A DNA stretch of 64,000 bases from Amphiscolops sp. MND2022 (Eukaryota). The stretch is taken from contig CAXLNC010001319.1 of NCBI GenBank assembly GCA_964187785.1, positions 62,001 to 126,000 of the forward strand. The letters are read 5' to 3'. How positions within the stretch are numbered: position 1 is the stretch's first letter; each line of letters starts with the position of its first letter. Position numbers and translations under genes: made by a program. The notes beneath the pieces are model-generated. The model had not been told where the DNA came from, made no database searches, and saw only the letters and a program-made list of their open reading frames with translations. Below, one piece after another: positions 25,801 to 36,535 of the stretch.

Positions 25801-27877
25801 TATTCTCTCATAAAACTGGAGAAGGCCGACAGGGCTCGACTGAGTCCCTGAGCCAATCTCTTGTATGCAAACGTCCTGCTGGCGAAGTTGAAAGCCAGCA
25901 TTTCAATTGATTTCTGGTCCGCCATGGGGAGACAATGGTAAACATGGGAACAGTCGAGTTTGCAAAAAAGTTTTTTGCCGGCCATATGTTGAGCCGCGTC
26001 TGTCAATGTGCTGACTGGGTGGTTGTTATTGACGTAGTCATCTGAAATCAAATTGTTAATTTTCCTCAAACCCACCAACAGTCTCAGTTTTTCATTGGGT
26101 TTTTTCTGCGCAAATATTGGAGTGGCGTACTTTGAGAATGGTAATGTTATAATTCCATATTTGTGAAGCATCGCCAGTTCGACCAATATGATCTCTTTGA
26201 GGTTGACCGGAATAGGTAGACTCTGACTGTAAGCAGGCGATTCGTCCTTTGGGGTCAATTTGACTGTAAATTCCTCATTGACGCCAATGGCAAAGCTATG
26301 TCGAGCGAAGATATCATGGAATTCTACTAATAGGGTTTTTATTTGTCTGATCTCATGTTGTTGTAACATTGAGTCCTTCCAATCAAAATTGCTGAGGAAT
26401 TTTCGGCGAGATTCCGCATCGTTGAGTTGTTCTAAATATTGTAAGTTTCGTAATTCCTTGAGAATTCTTTGTTGTATTGGGGTGGGGTCATTTCGTCCCC
26501 TGGATTTTCAGGCGTCGGGAGCCAATATTGTTCGTATTGGTCGTTATTTCTGTTGGCTTTAAGAAGACTACTAATGTAATAGGTGGCGTCTTCTTCCTTC
26601 TTGTTCAATGAATGCCAGGTTGACACCGGGTCTATTGGCCTGACATGTTTCATTTGCTCAGGAGTCATCACTGAGAAACTCGCGATACGTAACCCTTTTT
26701 TGATTTTGTAGGGTTGATTAGTGAAGTTATTGACGGGTATCCTCATAGTCCCTTCATGCAATGTGACTATGGCGGCGCAAAATTTGACGTCGCCTTCTTC
26801 ATGCAGAAGGTCACTGGGTTGTAGTATACCCGTCACTGCATTTTCTGCATAAATTTGGGACTGAATCGCAATGACCGCAAGGTCTTTCGGAGGTATCGTG
26901 ACGTCTTCAGGATTGAGAATGGGTTCCATGACGTTTGAATATTTGTGGTCAGCCGTTTTTAATTGCATTGAGAGAAAAGGAAAGTTAAATATACCTTGGC
27001 GCATATCCAGGACGGTGTGGTTCCTTTGGAGGAACATCAGTCCAATTATGGGGCTTGACAATTTTTCCATCACTATGAAAATTTCATTGAATTCTATGTC
27101 TTTCTACTTCGAATTTTAATTCGAAGGTACCCTTTGGGGTTTCTAGGTCTCCATTTGCGACCATTATTTGGGAAGACGGGGCAGGACCTTTTTTTACTAT
27201 GGATTGAGGGGCCAACAGGCGTATTTTCCTGAGGTCTGCTTCCGGTATTGCACTGGAGTGGGCCCCAGTGTCAATTAGGCCGTCTAGAGTTAACTCCCCA
27301 AAATCCATTGGGAAATAGAGCATTCGTCGTTCAAATTTAGGTCCAAGCTTTGTTGAAAGGGGAACGTATGATGGTTCTCCTTCTTTGGCCACTAAAAGGT
27401 GCAAGAAGGCCGTTTCGTCTAAAAGGCTATTCGTCGGTGTGTGGCTTCTACTTCTGGTATAATTGCCTCAAAGTTTGGCTGCCAAAGATCAATGAGGGCT
27501 CTAGACAGTGTATTGTCGTCTATTTCTGGATCATCCTCGACATCTGTTGGAGGGTAGTCATCATTTCTAAATTGTAGGTTGGTTTGGTCATTTAGTTCGT
27601 TATCCCAGTACGGGTTTTTGCCATACTCGGGATCGTAGTACTGAGGGTCATAATCTTCAACAGTTTTTAAAGGGCGAAAGTAAGTTTCTGAGTCTTTGTC
27701 GTGGCTATTACGCCTATATAAGTATGGGTGATCACTATGGATAATATGTTGTATTTCCATACGGGCGTTGGCTATCTGCTGCTGCCAGGCAGTAGATGGT
27801 GACCCGGTGAGGTCATCTTGATATTGTTTGTAAATAGTATTTGGTGGGTCAGATATGACATACTGTCTCACTGACAT
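22838..27877 (-). pseudogene. pol: pol of element A (PR, RT, RNase H, integrase), fragmented
   Basis: LDGLIDTGA protease (27084-27404); RT ..FAYKRLAQGL..QYIYDI; RNase H ..IDASFTAAG..EFLA..TDN..ADYLSR; IN HGTPHRHPG, QIDLLP, TDK; tail NLRPNP. Confidence 0.92.
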
Positions 27878-27909
27878 CTGGTTGCATATTTGGAGTCGTG
27901 GAGAAATTA

Positions 27910-27916
27910 GTTTTTT
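27910..27916 (-). other. Putative -1 frameshift slippery site A AAA AAC at the end of gag A
   Basis: cca aaa aac taa; the -1 frame reads KKLISPRLQICNQMSVRQ.., continuous with ORF 27419-27877. Confidence 0.7.
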
Positions 27917-29026
27917 GGATCAAGCTTTCGTGAATTTGATTGGCTTGAAGACGTAGCTTCAGTGTTAGATGACTTCTTTGATGTTTTTTCGTCACCAGAG
28001 AGTTCGTCCGTCTTGTCTTCAGATCGTGTCCTCTTGGGACGTAAGTGTGCCCCAGCCCCATTCCAGCACCGCTCAGCGGAGTGATTCGTTTTCTTGCATG
28101 TGGGGCATTCTGGGTATCTTGGACGTTGGGGCTTTTTGCCATTTTTGTCCTCCAGTTCCTTCTCCTTTTTTAGTTTAGGGCAGCTCCTATAGTAATGACG
28201 AGTGGCTTTACAAAAAAAGCATTGTGCGTCCTTGTTTATGCCATTAGACAGCAAATTGCTGTTACCAGTGGACGCAGAGGCCATTGTAGCCATTGGTAGG
28301 TCGTCTGACTCTTCCAATGCATTAAGTTCAAGCTCTCTTTCAAGATGAGCGACAATTTCTTCATATGTTCCGTTCTCCAGGCGGGCCATGTTGACAGATC
28401 GTTTTAGTTTTGGAGGCAAATTTGCGTACAATAGGCTGTCAATCATACTTTTCTCATTCTCACCAAATGCTTTTTCTGCCCCCTGGTTCATTTCCTTCAG
28501 GAAATCCGGCAAATTCATGGTATTCGGGTCGAAAGTCAGCTGATGCCATTTGTGTTTTGCCGTTGCTTGGGATTCCGGTTTTACATATTTCCTCCGGAAT
28601 ATGACTAACACGTCTTCTAGTGTCTGACGGTTTATGGAATTTATGTTCCTAAATGTCTGCAGGGCCCCTTTCCTGAGCAAGGAATGAAAGTGGTTAATTT
28701 TCATTTGCTCTGTCATGGCCGGTTGCACTTTAATCATCGTGTGGGACAAATCTTCAAAGAGTTCGAATTTCTCACTCTTTCCGTCAAACGTCATGGGTGT
28801 TGTTTGGACAGGTCGGATAGTCATCGTTTGTGGTTTGTTTTGCAAGTTGACCAGGACGTCTGCCAATCGATTCAAAGGGTTCTGGGGATTCTCAGGAGCC
28901 GCTGTTTCTGGGGCTGGCAGAGTGGTGTGCAAAGAGACATTGCGGTTAGATTGCTGTCTCTCCAGGTTTGGGATTGAGTGAATTCGACAGTGGGAAAGTC
29001 GGGAATTGGCTGTTGGGCTTCGTTAG

Positions 29027-29038
29027 CTCCTGTCACCA
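29027..29038 (-). other. Primer-binding site of element A (TGGTGACAGGAG, tRNA-Leu-like)
   Basis: Directly follows the LTR end ..TTACA; identical 12-mer in element B; the tRNA assignment is an inference. Confidence 0.75.
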
Positions 29039-30666
29039 TGTAAGAACAACGTCCTGTGGTGTCTCTCAAATCACCAACGGACCGTGAGTCCTTTTTCAAT
29101 TTTTTTGTTTTCAAGCCGGATGAGTTTTCCCTGATCTCTTGACTATTAGGGGACAAACTGGCCTCAGTGTCCCTATTCCCTGAGGATGACATTGAACTCA
29201 CAATGTTTTGAATTTCAGGAATCACCCTTTCCGATATAGCAGTGCTTATCGCTCTATTTATTTGATTATGGACCATGGTCATCATGGAATTCATTTCTTG
29301 AGATAATCTGAGATTAAATTCATTTGAAAAGGTCTCAAAGGACTGCCTAACGTCATTTTGCCCAAAAGGCTCATTTCCTTGTACAAAGTTTCTGTAATCG
29401 GCCTCATGAAATTCATTAGTCTCATAGTCTCCTTGAGTAGAAGATTGCTCTATCACATCTGCTAATTCTCTCTCAATAGGGTTTTCATTTCCATTTCCCA
29501 GCATTACATCTAGATTATCTATATCAGACATCACGTCCATTTCTCTAGACTTTCTAGCTTTGGCTCTTTGTCTTCTTGTGGAAGGCATAAGAGATTATTG
29601 CAAGGGGAAACATTTGAATTAATTTCTATCTTGCAAAACAGAATTTGGATTGGTTTTACTTTAAACGTAACAAGGTAAACGATAATAACAATTGTGTTTT
29701 GACCTGGGGTCCGCAGTATATATACTGATAGTTGCATGACACACAAAATACCTCAGGTCATGATACTAAAAACAACCGGTGTTGTAACTAAAAATATCGC
29801 CTACTATTTATAGCCGTGAAGGCGGCATGACGAAAGGACTACATCAAAGGGATAGTTCACTAGCAAGCACCTCCAACAACTCTATATATAGAAGGACAAC
29901 GGGTCTAAGTGCCTTTCAAGGCTTTTCACACGTACATGTAGCTACAACAAAACACTTCATTCAACTATATTTGAACGGCAACAATTAAAATGCTGAACAC
30001 TACATGTCTAAATGTGCATAATCGATATTGAGTCTTGATCATGATTAGAGCGAACAATTCAATGGTTTCCATCAAAAGGGGCACTAATGCAATTAGTACA
30101 ACTTGTATACATTAATAAATACTGCAAATAATATCTTTGTTCAAAGTTGGACTGAATGTCCACGCGTCGTTACTTGACAGCACTCAGTCGTTTATTGACG
30201 GCATGTGGCCCTAATTAAAGCACAGCATAGAATGAATAAATGAATAGTGCGCTGTGATTGGCTGAGAAAATGGACGGACAGCGCGTCTGGTGAGACAGGA
30301 GAGGAAACATTTGAACTAGTTTCCTCTGCCTGTACGCCTTGGTGACCAATTTCTCAACTAATGTATACAAACATATAATCTATATTTGTACTAATACATT
30401 GAAATCAACTTTGAAACGATCAAAATATTACAAGGTTGTTTCCGATTAAATACTGCACGAAATTCTAGATTTGAAACCGTTAAGGCCAAAAGCAGAAAAT
30501 CAAATATATGAAAGAGGAATTACAACAAAATAAGTTTGTAGTTTGTTTCTTTATGGCTGTAGGACACACAGTCCTTGCCTTCAATTTATTGGCAGCGTAC
30601 CAGGGAGAGTGCCATAATTATACCCAACCGAGTACCAATTTCCGTCATAGGCGGCAGCCTGCGACA
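29039..30666 (-). repeat. 5' LTR of element A (1628 bp)
   Basis: TGTCGCAG...GTTCTTACA termini on the minus strand, flanked by the TSD and PBS. Confidence 0.9.
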
Positions 30667-30671
30667 CATGG

Positions 30672-31470
30672 GTTGTAAAATACGATTTTGCCATATGTTA
30701 AATCTGGAGGTTGAGGGTCTCTTCCAAGTTCAGTATGTGTAACTTCAAAAAAAAGCAGGAGCAACTTTGTGTCCTATTTTTAAAACGTGAAATACTGGAT
30801 GTAGATTTAAACCTTGAAATTTGACTTGAACTTCAAATTTGAGTTCTAGATTAGAAATATGGAGTCTTTTAGGTTCTGTTTTTTTGAAAGAGAATCGTAA
30901 TTGTATTAAAACGTTCCGTAAGATCTGTGGAACCTGGATAGTGTTTGGGATGATACATGGTGGTTCCGTGAAATCGTATTTGGTAGTCTGCAAATTTAGG
31001 AGTTGGAGTACTGGAATGTTCTGAAGTGTAGTATTCAGGTATTCTAATATGTGGAGGAACACGAGTAGGTATTAAAACTTCAGAGAATAGATTTCCGGAC
31101 AGGAATGCAGTTTGAACGTCAGAAGAAAGTAGTGAAGCTGTATCAAAACCAGATGTAAAATATGAGTGTGGAACAAGTTCCGAAGAGTGTGTATCAGAGG
31201 ATAAGGATTGTGCGTGTTGTCTTACAAGCCTTAATGCGGATGAATTGCTCGAAAGGGCAGAAAAATTACATTACGATACATGTCCCACAAAAGTGGAAAG
31301 TGATCACTTGGTGTAAATTGTATTTCGGGTAAAATATTCAATTACTGTAAATTTGTCAAAGGCTGTAGTAATCCATTAGTGTAGTGGTGCAGCAAAGTGT
31401 AATATGAACTCGGTGAATTCCAGTCAAATTGCGTTGTTAGTAAATGGTGTAAAACAGTCAAATTTTACAA
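30672..31470 (-). pseudogene. Putative integrase-tail/pre-env region of element C, continuous with 15928 after excising element A
   Basis: Rejoined target reads ..VTHTELGRDPQPPDLTYGKIVFYNP/CSGLKF..; fragmentary ORF 30745-31062; domain identity is inferred mainly from position. Confidence 0.5.
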
Positions 31471-32667
31471 GCTAATTTGGAAAGGTGTAAGGTAGTCAAA
31501 GTTTGAATAAATTTCATTTTTATTGAGTATTCATATTTAAAACTACCGAAACGTGTAAATTAGTCAAAGATTGACTCGTTTGCGGCAATGTAAAAATTAA
31601 TTCAAACACATCAGGTTACATTGAATAATTGCTTGGCGTTTAATTACTTTGACTAAATTACAGATTGACTTTGACTGAACTACGCGATTAAACAATTACC
31701 GCATACGTACATTAGCACATGCATTCAAACAATAAAGTTTACATTGGATGACACATGCAAACGAATTCTAGTCATATAGTGTAACTAAATAATTTTGTCA
31801 ATTTAGAGTTTAATGATTTGAACTAGTTGCTTACTGATCATTTCAGTAAGCAAAATGTTTAGACATAAACGGGACCATGCGTTCATTTTCCAACACTCTA
31901 CAGGGTTGAAGTATTGTTAGTTAGTTGCATTTACATTTTTTTAGACTATTCAGAGGCCACGTTCTCGACGTGGGTCTTGTTATGGGCGACACTATGTGAT
32001 CCACTAACTGAGGGCCTCTTTAAAACGAAAAGGTTTCACGAAAGTACAAATAAAATTTCGTGAGTTCAGTTTTTTTACCGGGTTATCAGTTTTCTGTTTA
32101 TGTTAAATGAAAGTAATTTCAGTTTTATGCTATTTGAAGCTGAAAATCTTGAAAACCAAATTTTTGAATAGCTACAGTGATATTAATTAAGTAAATATGT
32201 TTCTTAAAACGTAATATTCCAATTATCCACATTAATTAAATTCCAGTCTGGTGATCTCAACAAGAAAGAAGACATTCAAGAAGGGGTTATTCCAAAGATA
32301 ATTCGTTCTAAGGATTTGAACTAATTGCTCACTGATCATGACAGTAAGCAAAATTTTTAAACAAAAACTGGACCATGTGTTCAGTACCACCTCCCACATA
32401 TACACTTGGAGTGAAGCATTGTAATGCTGTTTAAAATGCAATCGTTACTTAGAACTGTTAAAAAAATATTATACAATTCAATTACAAAATATTACACAAT
32501 TCAAGTTGAACAGTCAGAAAGTGTTTGTCAGAGAGTCAATTTGTGTGAGTTGGAGAGTCAATTTGTGTGAGTTTAAATATATTTGCAATGCAACGGCATG
32601 TTGGAGATGGTGGGGCAGTTAATATTTCACCTGAGTATGAAATGAAGCTAGCACCGTTGTCCCTCGC

Positions 32668-35096
32668 TGTCACAGTCCGCTCCCGGACTGGGTTGCAACT
32701 GCAGAAGAATCGGAATTGGCAGAGGACACGGGAGTAGTCTACGCTTCCCAAAATGGTATTTCAACTTGTAACTTGAAACTTTAAAATTTTAACTCTGTAA
32801 TAAACTGTGACTTGAAAGGCAGGATGTGCGCCTATTTTACGTAGATCTTAAATGAAAACGATTACAGAAACGAAAAATGCTAGCCAAATTGAATTCTCGT
32901 ACCTCCAGCAAGACGCCTTTGCTACGCTAAAATAAGACATTCGCCACCTGAAACCTGAATTTAAACAGTTTTGAAACAAAAGCCATAAACTGATCTAAAT
33001 GAAAACTTATTTTAAATCTTTCTCGTGGAAGAACATCAAACAGATCTGAAAAGCAAATTACTCTGAGACGGCACGCTGAACAATTTACGCCTCTTCCGAG
33101 AAAAGGCAGCTTAATTGCGCTTTGAACAGCAATTAGTGTAGAATAGGACGTCGTCACGTCGCTAAGTAAACAAACACTGCAAATAGGTACATGCAAATAT
33201 TGCTATATTTATGACGTCAGCACTCCGCCACTAACTAGTTAGCAAGCATTCCAAATCCAACGACAATGTGACGCATTAATTTCATTCCAAATGGACGTCC
33301 GCGCTACGTCCATCAATCGAGGCAATACTGATACTAATACGTACGTCCGCGTTACGTCCAAATTCCATCAAATTAGCTGTTCGAATCCATTCCAGAATAA
33401 AATAAAGGGACGGCGGTTTAGCGAAAAACCATGAAATGAGAATATAGGGCAAATATTGAACTTATTCAAGACAAAAATAGATTTCGGTAAGCTCTCGTTT
33501 TCCCTCTTGTAGATTAAATAGTTTTGTCTAATTTTCACGTTAGGAAATTAACACAAGTAGCATCTTTGTACTATATTAACAAAGTCACAGTTTAAAAGAG
33601 CAAAGAGCCTAAATAACCATTTTCGTTGGTGATAGAAGAATTTGTACATGCATTTGTTACCTTTGCTATTAAGTGAGTAATTGTGTGATGAAGTTCCACT
33701 ATCGAACTGTCGTCGCTACGACGTCCGATATTAACACAAGTTCGATCATCTTTATGAACTATAGAATTTCGTTGCTAATACATATTAACCGTGGCCGAAT
33801 GAAATTGATCATTGCTTGTATCAATCAATGGAATATTGTGTTTTCTAGTTTTCTAATCTGTTTTATAATTTGGCGAAATCTTGTCGTCACTCTGAACCTG
33901 GAAATTCATGATTTTGTATTAACCTCCACAACCCCTTTGTACATATGGATATTTGTTGTACGCGTCACGATGCCGTATATGTTTTGGTACTGTAGCTAGT
34001 GTTAATGTTAACCAGTTCGAAACCTAATAATAATCGTGTTCTGTAAATGTTAATGTTTTGTTGCCCTCATCTCCGTTGGTTGATAATTGTTTAGATTGAG
34101 ATTAATTCAAAAGCTGTTAACAACTGCGTAATTTCATTCATATTTCCTATCCTAGCATCGCCAGAAATTCCCAAATTGGAAAATTAGTCATACTTCAATT
34201 CAAGGGAAAGTTCAAAATCAGGTATTAGTTGTTCACGTCGGCGACATCTCAGCGTCAATTTTCCTCCGAACCAAAGCAGTAAAACAGGGAAATATTTCCG
34301 GTTTGACAGACTGAAGTAATATCTACTTCCTGCTTGGGAGGAAACAAAAGGACGCCGGGATGAAAAGATATGATCATGGTTAATGACTAATGCAAGATTA
34401 AAATTGCCGTGTCTCAAAAATTGACGGAATGTCGGCGCAAATTTGGGAAAAAATGAATTTTTTATCGAGAATACAGGAAATGACTAATTGTTCGGGGGAA
34501 ATAAAGATTTTGTGCGTGATCAAATGATGCTAGGAGGGTATAAATGGGATGAATTGCGAATACTGAGGGACTCAGTCTTTTGGTGTTGTATAATTCAGTT
34601 GCTACTCAATCTGACTTATCTTAATTCTCATCTAATTCAGCTTTGTTGAAAACATTCAGTGGAAAATTCAATTGATTAAAAGATCAAATTTTCTTCAAAA
34701 TGTCTACCACACGAAGCCAAATGAGAAAGAACAATCAGCAAGGAAATAGTGAGAACGTAAGTGAAGGTTTTGTTTCACCTATCTTGGCGGGAAATCCCTG
34801 TCTCTTAGACCAGGACCCTGACTTAGCGGGGCCCTCTAAACCCAACTCCCCCAGAATAGATAACATTGTTTTGGAGAATCTAAGAACCACTCTGAGAGAA
34901 GAATTCACCTCTGAAGTTAAGAACCTTCTCATTGAATCCCAAAAGGAACTTCTGAAGTTGCTAAAACCTGAAACAAGCGAAAACATTAGGGAAAATGTTG
35001 AGGATGAAACAGAAAACGAGACTAGGAGTTTCTACACTCCTATCAAAACAGTAAGGATAAATTCTACCCGAAACGACCCGAACTCATGTCGTAACA
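32668..35096 (+). repeat. 5' LTR of element B (2429 bp)
   Basis: TGTCACAG...GTCGTAACA; direct repeat of 51159-53604. Confidence 0.95.
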
Positions 35097-35108
35097 TGGT
35101 GACAGGAG
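35097..35108 (+). other. Primer-binding site of element B (TGGTGACAGGAG)
   Basis: Directly follows the LTR end; absent after the 3' LTR copy. Confidence 0.8.
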
Positions 35109-35564
35109 TTCTAACCGACTCCACAAACCACCCAAAAAGAACAAAAGCGCGGTCCCAAAGCCAACCGGCGCCAAAAGAACGCCCAGTAGTAGCGAGAACT
35201 CTATTCGAACCAGAAAAGAATGACAACACTACACTGCCGATGCCACGGCGAAGATGCGAAGATCTTTTCCGCAACAACATAAAAATGTACCCCCACCTTA
35301 CGGAAATCCAGAAAATCATTTATTTTCACTCCCTACTCAGAGGAGACGCACTACAAGCATTCCGTAACATTGAAGACTCGAAAAAAGATTCGCTAGACGA
35401 AATCATGACGATTTTTAAACGCTGATTTGGAGACTACTTATCCATGGCCAAAGCCAGATGCGAGTGGGACGCGCTTAGATTTGATCCCTCGACCCAGAAA
35501 CTCCACGAATTCTTGGACGTCCTCCAGAAGACCGCAAAGGAAGCTTTCGGCTCGGAAGCCCAAC

Positions 35565-36447
35565 TGTAACGGCTGCTTGATCCCTTCAGTTGACCAAACT
35601 TTACGCCGCCCTGAATTCGGTGCTCGGCACTGCGGATCGTTACCGAACACTGCTTGGTTCTTAGATTAAAAGGACTGTATCTTGACTTAGTAGGATCCAA
35701 TGATCCCGAATTGCACTTCTTCCTTGTCTCTTAACGCGTCCAACTCTCCACAGGTTGAGAGTAACTAACTTAGTCGCCCTAAGTCTTTGGCGAAAAGTCG
35801 AAAAGAGGTGAAGAAGTGAATTGAGAATTGAAATGGTCCTAAGACCCAACTTGAATACAGCTTTCCAATCATTTTGTGCCTATCTAGTTATGGTATACAT
35901 ATCGTTTACAATTATTCGATAAATATGAGTTGAATTATGAAGTATAAATAAATGACATTTAAGTGAATTATTAAAGTTATTGGCTATGTAAACAAAGATT
36001 GTGGTGGCTTTGGCATGTTGGTTAGGTGGGTTAGAAAGTATGTTTACACAATGTAAATATCAGTAATTGCAACAGAGTTACATTTCCTTCAAGGTCAAAT
36101 GAGAAAATCATGTAATAATTAATACATCAAAATTGGGTTTTAATGGGGTCCGACCTAGGTCACTTTGGGTGTTAATTGCTCTGAACCCAGGGGAGATACG
36201 GGGTAGGTTGTTAGGAGTAAAAAGTTAGGGTAGCACCACCACCACATGTGTACCGAGTTTCAAGGCGATTGAAGAAGTGGATCACCGGGACGGGGGGGTA
36301 GCCCTTTTTGGTGACGCCATATTTCTGGTGAGACTTGTAATTTTTTCAACAAAAATCTTGACAAATTTTCTAAGTCTTTTGAGTTGTAAGTTTCATCAGT
36401 CACGTTCGAATTTGAGTTTCTGACCTCGCAATTGACTGGCGCCAACA
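35565..36447 (-). repeat. 3' LTR of the BEL element
   Basis: 883-bp direct repeat of 39581-40462; roughly 16 differences counted by eye. Confidence 0.95.
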
Positions 36448-36535
36448 TTGCCGGCCCTGTTTTTCTCCCGAAGAACACTTTCATAGAGCAGGGGTGCCAG
36501 TTTCACTACTGGTCTTTTGAGTTTGCCATCTTTTG

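Larger units (their letters stand above)
27907..29588 (-). pseudogene. gag: gag of element A (starts inside the 5' LTR; one frameshift near 28950)
   Basis: MPSTRRQ.. start at 29588; TFDGKSEKFELFEDL capsid-like motif; C-terminal CxxCx4Hx4C-type knuckles (CFFCKATRHYYRSC, CPTCKKTNHSAERC). Confidence 0.88.
15934..30666 (-). mobile_element. Full-length Ty3/gypsy LTR retrotransposon A (14733 bp), decayed ORFs
   Basis: Two LTRs, PBS, gag-PR-RT-RH-IN order; 5-bp TSD CATGG at 15929-15933 and 30667-30671. Confidence 0.92.

Noticed and set aside
31835-32395. Diverged about 60-bp direct repeat (31835 and 32332) and a 21-bp doublet at about 32531-32572
   Set aside because: Short, with no associated structure.
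32580-32667. Open frame formed by rejoining the B target site (32580-32667 plus 53610-53760)
   Set aside because: Only about 75 codons with no recognisable motif; a disrupted host gene cannot be supported.
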